Source: Dehalococcoidia bacterium
Lineage (GTDB): Bacteria; Chloroflexota; Dehalococcoidia; Lucifugimonadales; UBA3495
Reading direction: 5' to 3'
Assembly: GCA_965232895.1 (NCBI GenBank)
Contig: OZ247430.1
Coordinates: forward strand, 2,730,111-2,794,110
Length of the DNA stretch: 64,000 bases
A program made the position numbers and the translations under genes. The first letter of the stretch is position 1; every line of letters starts with the position of its first letter. Below, piece after piece: positions 1 to 8,502 of this stretch. Below the pieces are notes generated by a model. It did no database searches. It saw only the letters and a list, made by a program, of their open reading frames with translations, and was not told where the DNA came from.

Positions 1-644
1 CCGAACTTTCGGGCAGGCGACCGGGGTTGATCATCAGCACTGACGAGTTCAATGGGAACTACGGCACAGTGATCGCGCTGCCGATGTCGACCGCCATGCC
101 GGCCGAGAGGTACCGCACCCGACAGCATGTGCACATAGCCGCCACCGATTCATGGGCGTCGACCAGACAGATAAAGGCGGTGCACCAACGCCGCCTGGGC
201 GCCGTGATGGGACGGGCAACACCTGATGAGCTGGAGGATGCGGTAGCATCCCTGGCCCGGCGGTTCACCACGCGTCACCGTCCCGGCGAGGTGGCTACAC
301 CCGAAGGAACGTTGCCCATGGATGCGGGCACCCTCTGGCGGCTTCCCGTGACCGGATCTGGTGGCGCGTCATTTCTGACCACCGTGTTGGTCGTCGATTA
401 CAACGCCGGAAACAACCTGGCGATCATGGTGGAGGTCGAGGAGCGAGAACCCAGACCCAGTTCCCCAGGTGATGTGCCGGTAACCGTGCTGGACTCGAAC
501 AGCTCCGTGACGGCGCTGATCCAGCGGGTGAGAACTATGGATGTCGGCGAGCGCGGTCTGAGTGCTGCGGGCCGAATACAGTCGGAGAGCGCGGGGGCCG
601 TCATCAGACGGCTCATCTCCATGATCCAACCTCCGGAAGCGTAG
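1..644 (+). CDS. Tandem (two-domain) MazF/PemK-like endoribonuclease toxin, 5' end outside window
   Basis: Frame is open back to base 3 (ELSGRRPGLIISTDEFNGNYGTVIALPMST... matches the MazF/PemK RRP-LVVS-D-FN...P-T core). Residues ~95-200 (GTLWRLPV...TTVLVVDYNAGNNLAIMVEV...ALIQRVRTMDVGERGLSAAGRI) repeat the same pattern, giving two MazF-type modules in one chain. Confidence 0.55.
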   Translation, partial: ELSGRRPGLIISTDEFNGNYGTVIALPMSTAMPAERYRTRQHVHIAATDSWASTRQIKAVHQRRLGAVMGRATPDELEDAVASLARRFTTRHRPGEVATPEGTLPMDAGTLWRLPVTGSGGASFLTTVLVVDYNAGNNLAIMVEVEEREPRPSSPGDVPVTVLDSNSSVTALIQRVRTMDVGERGLSAAGRIQSESAGAVIRRLISMIQPPEA

Positions 645-693
645 CCGGCGGAGACCACCGGCGAGAACAGCTGCAGCTGAGGAGAATCTCATC

Positions 694-1818
694 ATGCTGA
701 CGGAAGGCTCATACGAAGCTCGGATTGCTGGGGTCATCCGACGACACCTGGAGGCGAGGTTCCGGTGGATCTCTTTCAATGCCATCATGGTGGTGCTGCG
801 GACCGACCAATGGAGCGAAGACAGCATTCACGTGTACCTGGTCTACGAAGAGAACGGGGAGACGCTGGATCTCCGCTGGCTGAGCGGCGTCCGCAACCGG
901 ATGCGACGGGAACTGCGCGACCTGGGGGCGGACGTCCCGTTGACCACCTCGTACATCGACCGGTCGGAACTGGCTCCGTTGCTGGACCTGCTCGTGTCGC
1001 CGGAGGCGGCGGACGAGAGCCGGGAACTGCTAACACCTGAGATGGACGGCCCGATCAGCCAGGGGACGTGCAACCTCTGCCAGGAGATGGTGCACGATCT
1101 TGACGCCAGCGGCCACCTGATCGAGTGCATCGCCAGGCAGAACCTCCCCATTCCGTTCGACATGAACCCACTGGGATATGACCAGTCATTGCACCTTTCG
1201 GTGCATGATGGCAGCGGGCTCTACTGGATGGAACTGGCGGTGCGGGCCGACACCACCCTGCGGCAGCTGGACGAGTCCCTGCGGGGGATGTGGCTGGAGT
1301 GCTGTGGCCACCTCAGCGAGTTCAAGATCCAGGGGACTCGCTATTCCAATCTGGCGCCGCACCCCGACGATCCCAACGCCGCCGCCATCCGCGCCGACTA
1401 CTGGATGGAGGATGACGAAGAGCACATGGACGTTGCCGTGGCTGAGGTGATGCCTGAGGGCGTGGAGGTGAGCTACGAGTACGACTATGGGAGCACGACG
1501 GAGCTGTACCTGAAGAACCTGGGCCGACATGGCGACCTGGTGAGCCTTTTGCGCCCACGGCAGCCGTGGCATGGTGACCGCATCGCGGTGCTGGCCCGCA
1601 ACGAACCCGACGAGGAGTGCGTGGCCTGCCAGGAACCGGCACGCTGGCGGCTGCTGTCCCCGGACTCCGACGCACGGGAGCCCATACCCTTCTGCGATGA
1701 GTGCCGACCGGAGGCCGGACGCTACCAGCTGGTGATGAACTCGCCCCGGGAGGGTATCGACTGCTACGACAACGTGATGTCCTGGGACGGAATGCCCATC
1801 GGCGAGCCCGACGTCTGA
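694..1818 (+). CDS. pRiA4b ORF-3-like domain protein with Cys-rich (CxxC) segments
   Basis: MELAVRADTTLRQLDESLRGMWLECCGHLSEFKIQGTRY and YEYDYGSTTELYLKNLG resemble the PRiA4_ORF3 family core (hLHxFxI...YxYDFGDxWEH). CxxC pairs occur at CNLC, CVAC and CDEC. Confidence 0.45.
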   Translation: MLTEGSYEARIAGVIRRHLEARFRWISFNAIMVVLRTDQWSEDSIHVYLVYEENGETLDLRWLSGVRNRMRRELRDLGADVPLTTSYIDRSELAPLLDLLVSPEAADESRELLTPEMDGPISQGTCNLCQEMVHDLDASGHLIECIARQNLPIPFDMNPLGYDQSLHLSVHDGSGLYWMELAVRADTTLRQLDESLRGMWLECCGHLSEFKIQGTRYSNLAPHPDDPNAAAIRADYWMEDDEEHMDVAVAEVMPEGVEVSYEYDYGSTTELYLKNLGRHGDLVSLLRPRQPWHGDRIAVLARNEPDEECVACQEPARWRLLSPDSDAREPIPFCDECRPEAGRYQLVMNSPREGIDCYDNVMSWDGMPIGEPDV

Positions 1819-1887
1819 CACGAGCGAAACGACCACCATTGCACCCGGAGAGTCATCCCACAGGCAATCGCACGCGGATAAAGGTGG

Positions 1888-2244
1888 TTATCGATCCACG
1901 GCCCGGGTGGCATCCTCCCGCGGCGGCCGGATGTCAACCAACCGGTCAAGGCCGCTGGTCCTGAACACGGACCGTACATGATCCGACAGGGAGCAGAAGA
2001 CCAGGCCAGCGTTCCGGCCCCGGGCCTTCCTCGCGGCCTGCATGATCACCCTCAGGCCCGCGTTGCTGATGTGGACCAGGTCCGTCATGTCGATGACCAC
2101 GACCCCCTGGCCCGTCTCGATCGCGGCGTCCAGTTGGTCGTGAAAGACCTGAGCGTCGACGCCAACCAGCCGGTGCGGAGCCCGAATGACCGGGACCCGA
2201 TGCTCGCGACCGATTTGCGTCACCATATCACCACCTTTCTGCAC
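1888..2244 (-). CDS. STAS-domain anti-sigma-factor antagonist (SpoIIAA/RsbV-like)
   Basis: 118 aa. VVVIDMTDLVHISNAGLRVIMQAARKARGRNAGLVFCSLSDHVRSVFRTSGLDRLVDI is a typical STAS fold sequence. Confidence 0.75.
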   Translation of the reverse strand: MQKGGDMVTQIGREHRVPVIRAPHRLVGVDAQVFHDQLDAAIETGQGVVVIDMTDLVHISNAGLRVIMQAARKARGRNAGLVFCSLSDHVRSVFRTSGLDRLVDIRPPREDATRAVDR

Positions 2245-2383
2245 ATCGTTATGTACACCATAACCGGCCGGTTGACCAGTGCGGGGACCGCTCTCGGGTA
2301 CGGGGAGAGTCGACCGGCAATCTGATTGCAGTCCCGGCGACCGATCCGGATCACCCTGAGGTGCAAACCATGCCCTGCCACGG

Positions 2384-3316
2384 TCAATCCCGTACCTGCA
2401 GCACGGGGTTGCTGATGGGCGGGCGGTTCAAGCCCAGCGTGTTGCGCACGGTCTCATCGACGCGCACCAGCCGCACCGCCGCGGTGGGGAACTGCGGGTT
2501 GTTGTGGTTGACCACGTCGTGGCGTTCCACCACGCCGGCCTGCACCAGGTCGTCCACCATCCTGCGGCACTCGTGTTCGTTCCAGCCCATGCCCCATTCC
2601 AGCATCCACTGGTTGCAGAGCATGCTGTAGCCCACGAAGTTCATGCGGCCCTCGAGACGGTTCATCTCCGTGATGAAGGTATCGAGGGCCGCGTCGTCGC
2701 CTGATGACGACGCATCCTCCGGAGGTGCGTTGGTCCTGACCGCCACGTCGCCGTGCTCGGCCTGGTGGATTCCCAGTTCCGCCTCCAGCGGGAACAGCGG
2801 CGCGGCGGCCAGCATCTCGCGGCCCACCGCCTGGCTGAAGGCGCACAGTATGATCCGGCGGTCCCGCCCACGGGCCCGGTCCACCAGCACCTGATAGTCT
2901 GAGTCGCCGGAGCCCAGGATGATGAATCCGCAGTCCTCACGGTCGCGGATCCAGTCGTAGACCTCCAGCAGGATGGACGGGTCGGACCGGTCCTTGCCGG
3001 CCATGGTACGGGGCGCGTGGTAGAGCGCGACGCCGGCCTCGGTGAAGGCCCGGCCGTCCTCGGGCCGAAGGCTCCAGTCGCCGAACGCCTTGCCGCCCAG
3101 CACCTCTCCAAAGATCCGGCCGACGCCGACCATCGCCTGGGCGACGTCCTGGGGCGTAATCTCCACCTGGTACATCAACGCGCCGCGGCGGATGTTCTCC
3201 CAGTCGATGGCGATCAGAACGCCGGTGGCATGCTCTTCCAAGTGGTTGCCTTCCTGATCAACTCGAGCCTGATCAACTCGGTAGGATGCGACCGGCGTTA
3301 GCTTCCTCCGGTGCAA
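2384..3316 (-). CDS. NYN/LabA-like domain protein with C-terminal helical extension
   Basis: VLIAIDWENI...GKDRSDPSILLEVYDWI...FIILGSGDSDYQVLVDRARGRDRRIILCAF matches the NYN (LabA/DUF88) acidic motifs. Confidence 0.7.
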   Translation of the reverse strand: MHRRKLTPVASYRVDQARVDQEGNHLEEHATGVLIAIDWENIRRGALMYQVEITPQDVAQAMVGVGRIFGEVLGGKAFGDWSLRPEDGRAFTEAGVALYHAPRTMAGKDRSDPSILLEVYDWIRDREDCGFIILGSGDSDYQVLVDRARGRDRRIILCAFSQAVGREMLAAAPLFPLEAELGIHQAEHGDVAVRTNAPPEDASSSGDDAALDTFITEMNRLEGRMNFVGYSMLCNQWMLEWGMGWNEHECRRMVDDLVQAGVVERHDVVNHNNPQFPTAAVRLVRVDETVRNTLGLNRPPISNPVLQVRD

Positions 3317-3437
3317 TACCTGTGGATCGCATGACCTCGATTATCCTGAAGCCTCTGGCCCGGAGAACGACATTACCACGGTACTGAAGCATGTGCCGGC
3401 CACCGCTTGGGATGGCCAACGAGCTGCCCACGGCAGT

Positions 3438-3467
3438 TTGACAGCCTCCGCCAACCAGTACTATGGT
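3438..3467 (+). promoter_or_regulatory. Candidate sigma70-type promoter of the RHH/RelE/helicase unit
   Basis: TTGACA (3438-3443), an 18-nt spacer, then TATGGT (3462-3467), about 60 nt upstream of the antitoxin ATG. Confidence 0.4.
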
Positions 3468-3478
3468 GATCATATTGC

Positions 3479-3493
3479 GATGTCAATGACATC
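3479..3493. promoter_or_regulatory. Perfect palindrome GATGTCA-A-TGACATC, candidate antitoxin operator
   Basis: 7+1+7 perfect inverted repeat just downstream of the candidate -10. RHH antitoxins typically autoregulate through such sites. Confidence 0.35.
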
Positions 3494-3529
3494 ACTCGCA
3501 CTCAACACGCACTGACAAGGATCATAGCC

Positions 3530-3751
3530 ATGGCGCAGATCACCGCCCGGGTATCCGATGAAGTTGCCGAGGCGCTGGATGCGGCGGCGGCCACGCTGAA
3601 CCGCAGTCGCGCCGAGGTGATCCGGCAGGCCTTGGAGAGCTACCTGGAGGACTTCGACGACCTCACCGTGGCCATGGAGCGGCTGCGCGATCCCACCGAT
3701 CCGGTCCTGGATTGGGATGAGGTCCGGCGTGAGCTACTCGGTTCGGATTAG
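3530..3751 (+). CDS. Ribbon-helix-helix (CopG/RelB-like) antitoxin
   Basis: The N-terminus MAQITARVSDEVAEALDAAAATLNRSRAEVIRQALESYL is a classic RHH. It overlaps the downstream toxin gene. Confidence 0.8.
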   Translation: MAQITARVSDEVAEALDAAAATLNRSRAEVIRQALESYLEDFDDLTVAMERLRDPTDPVLDWDEVRRELLGSD

Positions 3752-3989
3752 GGGCAGCGCTCGGCGGGAGCTGGCGCAGCTGCCCCGGGAAGCCAGGGAA
3801 CGGATCATCGACGCCATCGACGCCCTGCGAGAACAGCCATTGTCCGGCAGCCCGCTGAAGGGCGGTCTGCGGGGCCTGCGCCGCCAGCGCGTGGGCGACT
3901 ACCGCATCCTGTACGAGCTGCTGGACGACGAGCTGGTCATCCTGGTAGTGCGCATCGCCCACCGGCGCGAGTCGTACCGCCGCAGATAG
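3717..3989 (+). CDS. RelE/ParE-family toxin
   Basis: YSVRIRGSARRELAQLPREARERIIDAIDALREQPL...RRQRVGDYRILYELLDDELVILVVRIAHRRESY is a RelE/ParE signature. The start may be GTG 3729. It overlaps the antitoxin 3' end. Confidence 0.85.
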   Translation: MRSGVSYSVRIRGSARRELAQLPREARERIIDAIDALREQPLSGSPLKGGLRGLRRQRVGDYRILYELLDDELVILVVRIAHRRESYRRR

Positions 3990-3995
3990 CGCCAA

Positions 3996-6650
3996 GTGAA
4001 TATTCACGACGAAATCACCATCCCCGGCCAGGAGGCGCGACACGGCGAGCTGCCCGCCTGGCTGAGCGCGAGCCCGGTCTGGCCGGCGGTGAGCGCCCAG
4101 ACGGCTGGTGGCCAGCTCTACCTGCACCAGGCCATGGGGCTGGAGCTGGTGGGCCAGGGCCACAACCTGGTGATCAGCACCGGCACCGCCAGCGGCAAGT
4201 CCCTGGTCTTCCAGGCGCCCACGTTGCACCATCTGGCCGCCAATCCCAACGCCACGGCCATCGCCATCTACCCCATCAAGGCGCTGGCACGGGACCAGGT
4301 GATCCGCTGGCAGAAAATGGCGGAGGCCGCCGGGCTGGATCCAGCCAGCATCAACCGCATCGACGGCGACGTGCGCGACCTGACCGAGCGGCGGCAGATC
4401 CTGCAGCGCACCCGCCTGGCGCTGATGACCCCCGACGTGATCCAGCAGTGGCTGATGGCCTACTCGGAGCCCCTCTACGGCCGGCGGCCGCTGCGCCATG
4501 ACCTCCGCGAGGTCCAGAATACCCAGTACAACGTGCGCCGGTTCGTTTCGAACCTGGCGTTCCTGATCCTGGACGAGGCCCACACCTACGACGGCGCGCT
4601 GGGTACCCACTGCCTCTACCTGCTGCACCGGCTCCAGCAGAAGCGCCGGGAGCTGATGGCCGAGTTCGAGCCGCTGCGGGTCATCGCCGCCAGCGCCACC
4701 ATCCACAATCCAGCCCAGCACCTCGAGACCCTGACCGGCCTGCCCTTCCAGGTGGTGGACGACCGCTACAACGGCAGCCCTCGCGCCGAGCTCACCGTGC
4801 AGCACGTCGTCGGCCGCGAGCCCCACGACGAGGGCTGGCGTGACCTGCAGACGGCGGTGCGGGAGGTGATCGGCGAGGACCCCGATCGTTCGTACATCGC
4901 CTTCGTCGACGACCGGCAGCTGGCCGAGCGCGCCGCGGCCGGCATCGAGGCAGCCCGCAGCATCACCGAGGACGCCATCATCGTGGAGTCCCGGGACGCC
5001 ATGGCCTACCGGTCCGGCCTGATGCGCCGCGAGCGCATCGAAGAGGCTCTCAGGGAAGGTGACATCCGCGGCATTGCCAGCACCAGCGCCATGGAGATGG
5101 GCATGGACATCCCTGACCTGCAGGTGGGCTTCAACCTGGGATTGCCTCACTCGGTGGGACGGGTCAGGCAGCGGGCCGGACGGGTGGGAAGGACCGGCCC
5201 GGGGCGGTTCATCATCGTGGCGCCGCGCCATGCCTTCCAGTTCCACGAGGACAGTCTGGCGGCATACTGGCAGCAGCCGGTGGAGCCGGCTCGGCTCTAC
5301 CCGTCCAACCCCGTCATCAGGAACACCCACGGCCGCTGCCTGGCCAAGGAGACCGACCTCAACGGGATGGAACGCTCCATACCGTCGCCCACCGACGCTT
5401 GGCCGGATCAGCTTCCCCAGACGCTAAGGGAGATCGCCCGGGGCGACCACTACGCGCCGGAGTTCCAGACGGGCGATCCCCAGCAGCCCCACCGCAACGA
5501 CATTCGTGATGCCGCCGATGGCAGGGCGCGCATCGTGCAGCTGATGCCGGGCGGCGAGGGCGAACCCCTGACCACCGAGCTGCTCACCAGCGAGGTCACC
5601 CGAAGGGAGGCGGCGCGGGATGCCTACCCCCTGGCCACCTACTTCCACGCCAAGCAGAGCTACTCCGTCTTGGCCTGGCGGGAGTCGGGCGGCGATACCG
5701 TGATCACGGCGCGGCACGCGCTGCCCCGGGAGACCAGGCCCATCATACGCAGCGGCGCAACGGTCACGCTGCAGCAGCCCCGCACGTCAACCCTGGGACA
5801 CCTGGAGTACTGCACCCACGCCCAGGCGGTGGCCTGGGAGCGCATAGTGGGATGCTCCATCCGCGAGCCGGGCGACAGTGAGTGGCGGGACGTCCACTAC
5901 GGCGCCGAGGGCATCCCCGAGGTGGAGACCAACCTGCGCACCACGGCCACGGTGATCATCATCTGGGAGGACTGGTTCGACGACGCCAACACCCGGCGGG
6001 ACGTGGCCCGGGCGCTCAGGACAGTGATGTGCAGCCGGGAGTCTACCCATCCGGCCGACATCCGCACCACTCACCAGAACGTGCAGGTGGTAAGGGACGG
6101 CCGCAGCAGCGAGGTGCGCCGCGCCATCGTCCTCTGGGACAAGGTGGGCGGTGGGCTCGGACTATCGAAGGCCATGGCCGACAACCTGGGCCGCTACACC
6201 CAGGCGCTGCTGGAGATCGCCCGCTCGTCCGGACAGCGCTCGGAACGGGAGCGGCTGCTGCGGGAGGATACCGCAACCCTGCTGCACCGGTGGGCGGCTG
6301 CCGTGGCGCCCAACACCCTGGGCCCCGAGCAGACACCCGCCATCACCGAGTACGGCGGCACGACCTTCCGCAGCCAGCTGGAGGCCCGATGGGCGGCGTA
6401 CTTCGACCGGCGGAGCATCGCATGGGAGTATGAGCCGGCGCGGTTCGACGGCTGGACGCCCGATTTCCGGCTCGTGCTGAACGGGGATGGGGTCTATGCG
6501 GAGGTCAAGCCAGTGAGCGAGTTTCCCATGGACGTGGCCCAGCGGCTCCTGAGCTCTGGTTGCAGGGATGTGCTCATCCTCGGTCAGGGACCTCGCCATG
6601 CCTGGCGTTATCGGGGCGACGGCTGGAACCAGGTGGACCTCACCGCATGA
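3996..6650 (+). CDS. YprA/MrfA-like DEAD/DEAH helicase fused to a DUF1998-like region and a C-terminal PD-(D/E)xK nuclease-like module
   Basis: Helicase motifs: Walker A STGTASGKS, ILDEAHTYDGALGTH, SATIHNP, QRAGRVGR. A later segment VLWDKVGGGLGLSKAM is DUF1998-like. The last ~110 aa (FRSQLEARWAAYFDRRSIAWEYEP...TPDFRL...YAEVKP) have a D...E-x-K nuclease pattern. GTG start lies 6 nt after the RelE stop. Confidence 0.8.
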   Translation: MNIHDEITIPGQEARHGELPAWLSASPVWPAVSAQTAGGQLYLHQAMGLELVGQGHNLVISTGTASGKSLVFQAPTLHHLAANPNATAIAIYPIKALARDQVIRWQKMAEAAGLDPASINRIDGDVRDLTERRQILQRTRLALMTPDVIQQWLMAYSEPLYGRRPLRHDLREVQNTQYNVRRFVSNLAFLILDEAHTYDGALGTHCLYLLHRLQQKRRELMAEFEPLRVIAASATIHNPAQHLETLTGLPFQVVDDRYNGSPRAELTVQHVVGREPHDEGWRDLQTAVREVIGEDPDRSYIAFVDDRQLAERAAAGIEAARSITEDAIIVESRDAMAYRSGLMRRERIEEALREGDIRGIASTSAMEMGMDIPDLQVGFNLGLPHSVGRVRQRAGRVGRTGPGRFIIVAPRHAFQFHEDSLAAYWQQPVEPARLYPSNPVIRNTHGRCLAKETDLNGMERSIPSPTDAWPDQLPQTLREIARGDHYAPEFQTGDPQQPHRNDIRDAADGRARIVQLMPGGEGEPLTTELLTSEVTRREAARDAYPLATYFHAKQSYSVLAWRESGGDTVITARHALPRETRPIIRSGATVTLQQPRTSTLGHLEYCTHAQAVAWERIVGCSIREPGDSEWRDVHYGAEGIPEVETNLRTTATVIIIWEDWFDDANTRRDVARALRTVMCSRESTHPADIRTTHQNVQVVRDGRSSEVRRAIVLWDKVGGGLGLSKAMADNLGRYTQALLEIARSSGQRSERERLLREDTATLLHRWAAAVAPNTLGPEQTPAITEYGGTTFRSQLEARWAAYFDRRSIAWEYEPARFDGWTPDFRLVLNGDGVYAEVKPVSEFPMDVAQRLLSSGCRDVLILGQGPRHAWRYRGDGWNQVDLTA

Positions 6651-6670
6651 CCACAGCCTGCCGACGACGT

Positions 6671-7144
6671 CTATTGCTCCGCGGGTTGAACCGGCAGCAA
6701 CTCCAGGGCAAAGTCTCGGCGTTGTTCGGGCGCAACGGTCAGGAACTCGGCGATGGCCGTCTCACCCCGATCAACCCAGTCCCGGGCCTGATCAGCCGTG
6801 AAGGTCGTCGCCGGATCCTCCTCGGCCAGCACCCTCTGGTGATGAGAGGTGAGAAAGAGATCGACGAAACGCCGGATCGCCTCGGGATGGCGGGAGAAGT
6901 CGGCCGGCATCAGCTCATGCGCCGAGTCACCGCCCAGGGCCGTGTAGACCCGGCTCCACTCCGGCGTTTCGCCCTCCGTTTCGGACGGACCGATCAGCAG
7001 GTCCGCGTTGCTGCGGGCCAGGGCGTGGTACACGGCGTAATAGACGGTGCCGACCGCGAGACGAAGCCTGGTCTGGTGGAGATGGTCCGACGGCGGAGTT
7101 GTCGCCGTCTCCCGCGCCAGGTCGATGAGTTCCATCCATTTCAT
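6671..7144 (-). CDS. HEPN-like four-helix protein (putative toxin/abortive-infection component)
   Basis: Start moved to MKWMELIDLA (ATG 7144, GGAGG 8 nt upstream). LRLAVGTVYYAVYHALAR...FLTSHHQRVLAEEDP resembles the RxAVSRAYYAxFH...R..ADYDP helical family. Confidence 0.45.
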   Translation of the reverse strand: MKWMELIDLARETATTPPSDHLHQTRLRLAVGTVYYAVYHALARSNADLLIGPSETEGETPEWSRVYTALGGDSAHELMPADFSRHPEAIRRFVDLFLTSHHQRVLAEEDPATTFTADQARDWVDRGETAIAEFLTVAPEQRRDFALELLPVQPAEQ

Positions 7145-7263
7145 GGCATGACCTCCGTGGTCATCGAATGTGATTATGCGAGGGGGCAGCGCGCCGGAAG
7201 CGCCGGCTGCAGCCGCTCCATACGAGCGTGGGGAGCACAAATCCGCATTCGGCAGGGCGGGAG

Positions 7264-7718
7264 TCAGCCGGTTACCAGTTCAAGTCGGCCGCCGTAGCGC
7301 CGGAAGTCCGCGGTGTTGAAGGTGAGCAGCCGGCGCTCGCCGCGGGCCAGCATGGTGGCCACGATGTTGGCGTCGTGAACCTGCCTTCCTCCCACCTGGA
7401 CATCACGGCACAGTGCCAGCAGCGCATCGGTCACCCGCGGGCCATTCCCAAGCACTTCGAAAGCCCGGCCCAGGCGGCCCAGGTCGTCGAGGGCTTCATC
7501 GCGAGTGACGGGCACCGGCCAGACCTGGAGACGGGTGACGACCGCCAGGTACTCGCGCATGACCTGGCGGCTGATGCGCAGCGGTTCCGGACCGCGAAGA
7601 CCCCGTTCCAAACCCTCCCTGGCGATCTCGTGGCGCGGCGCCGCGCGGATGCGGGCGTTCACCAGTCGGAGCGTTGAGCGAACTCCAGGCTGGTATCCAG
7701 TCGGTCTTGGGGTGTCAT
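7264..7718 (-). pseudogene. PIN-domain (VapC-like) nuclease, frame-broken near codon 19
   Basis: ATG 7718 gives MTPQDRLDTSLEFAQRSDW then stop. The rest of the PIN (…ISRQVMREYLAVVTR…HDANIVATMLARGERRLLTFNTADFRRY) is in another frame from 7662. The ATG overlaps the upstream stop (ATGA). Confidence 0.6.
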
Positions 7719-8446
7719 CGTATTCTGCGGCCCAGCTGGTCGGCCAGGGTTACGGCGGTCCTGGCAAACATGAACGCCTCGTCGTTCGTTCGGCCGGCGT
7801 CTTGATAGGCTCCGGTCCGTACGGCATCCGGTTGGCCCATTGCGGCGGCGAAGGCACTGTTGAGGTCCTGGCCCTGCTGAGAGGCTGATAGCAGTAGCTT
7901 GTAAACGCTTTCGCCTTCGGCCGGCAAAGAACCAGTTGCGAGCGCCACCACGGTTCTGAGGTCGTCGTCACGGTCTCGGTGCGGCCATCCCAACAGTGCG
8001 GCCGTGGCGGCGATCGAGCAGATTATCGCGCTGCATAGGCATTCTGTAGCTTGCTCGCGCTGATCGCTCTCGAAATATGTTGAGGCCTTATGGAAGTACG
8101 CCTCGGCAGCTTCAGTTGCGCTTTCTCGAATTGCGTCGGTCCACTGGTCGGTGATGGGAGTGCTGAATTTGCCCGTTTCGTCGTCCCAACCCAGATTGGG
8201 TATACCGCGTTGCTGTTTTATCGCCGCGTTAGTGGCGACTGCGGTGGCGTGTCCAGCGTCGGCGACGGCGTCGAGTCCGTTTAGGAGGCCCAGGATAGGA
8301 TAGCGTTCGGTGTATAAGGGAATGCGGGCTTCCAGGTTGGCTCGCAATCTCGCTTCGTCAGCTGCGGAGAGGTCTCCTGTGGTGTTACGGAGGACGCGTT
8401 GGGCCGCGAGTAGGATCACATCCTTGATTTCGTCGCGTAGTTCCAT
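7715..8446 (-). CDS. Hypothetical 243-aa protein with C-terminal PaREP1/HEPN-like helical region
   Basis: EAYFHKASTYFESDQREQATECLCSAIICSIAATAALLGWPHRDRDDDLRTVV resembles the PaREP1 pattern (A..L..G...QASEK.W.A...A.A...GW.H..H). It is translationally coupled to the PIN gene. Confidence 0.4.
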   Translation of the reverse strand: MELRDEIKDVILLAAQRVLRNTTGDLSAADEARLRANLEARIPLYTERYPILGLLNGLDAVADAGHATAVATNAAIKQQRGIPNLGWDDETGKFSTPITDQWTDAIRESATEAAEAYFHKASTYFESDQREQATECLCSAIICSIAATAALLGWPHRDRDDDLRTVVALATGSLPAEGESVYKLLLSASQQGQDLNSAFAAAMGQPDAVRTGAYQDAGRTNDEAFMFARTAVTLADQLGRRIR

Positions 8447-8502
8447 TGGATGCCTCTCAGTCAGTTTCGGATGGTCGGCCTGGTTAATGCTAATCAGCAG
8501 GG

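Noticed and set aside
3663-5330. 555-aa minus-strand ORF overlapping the helicase gene
   Set aside because: The composition is Gly/Arg/Ala/Pro/His-rich and codon-aligned antisense to a gene with clear helicase motifs. This is the typical high-GC shadow ORF.
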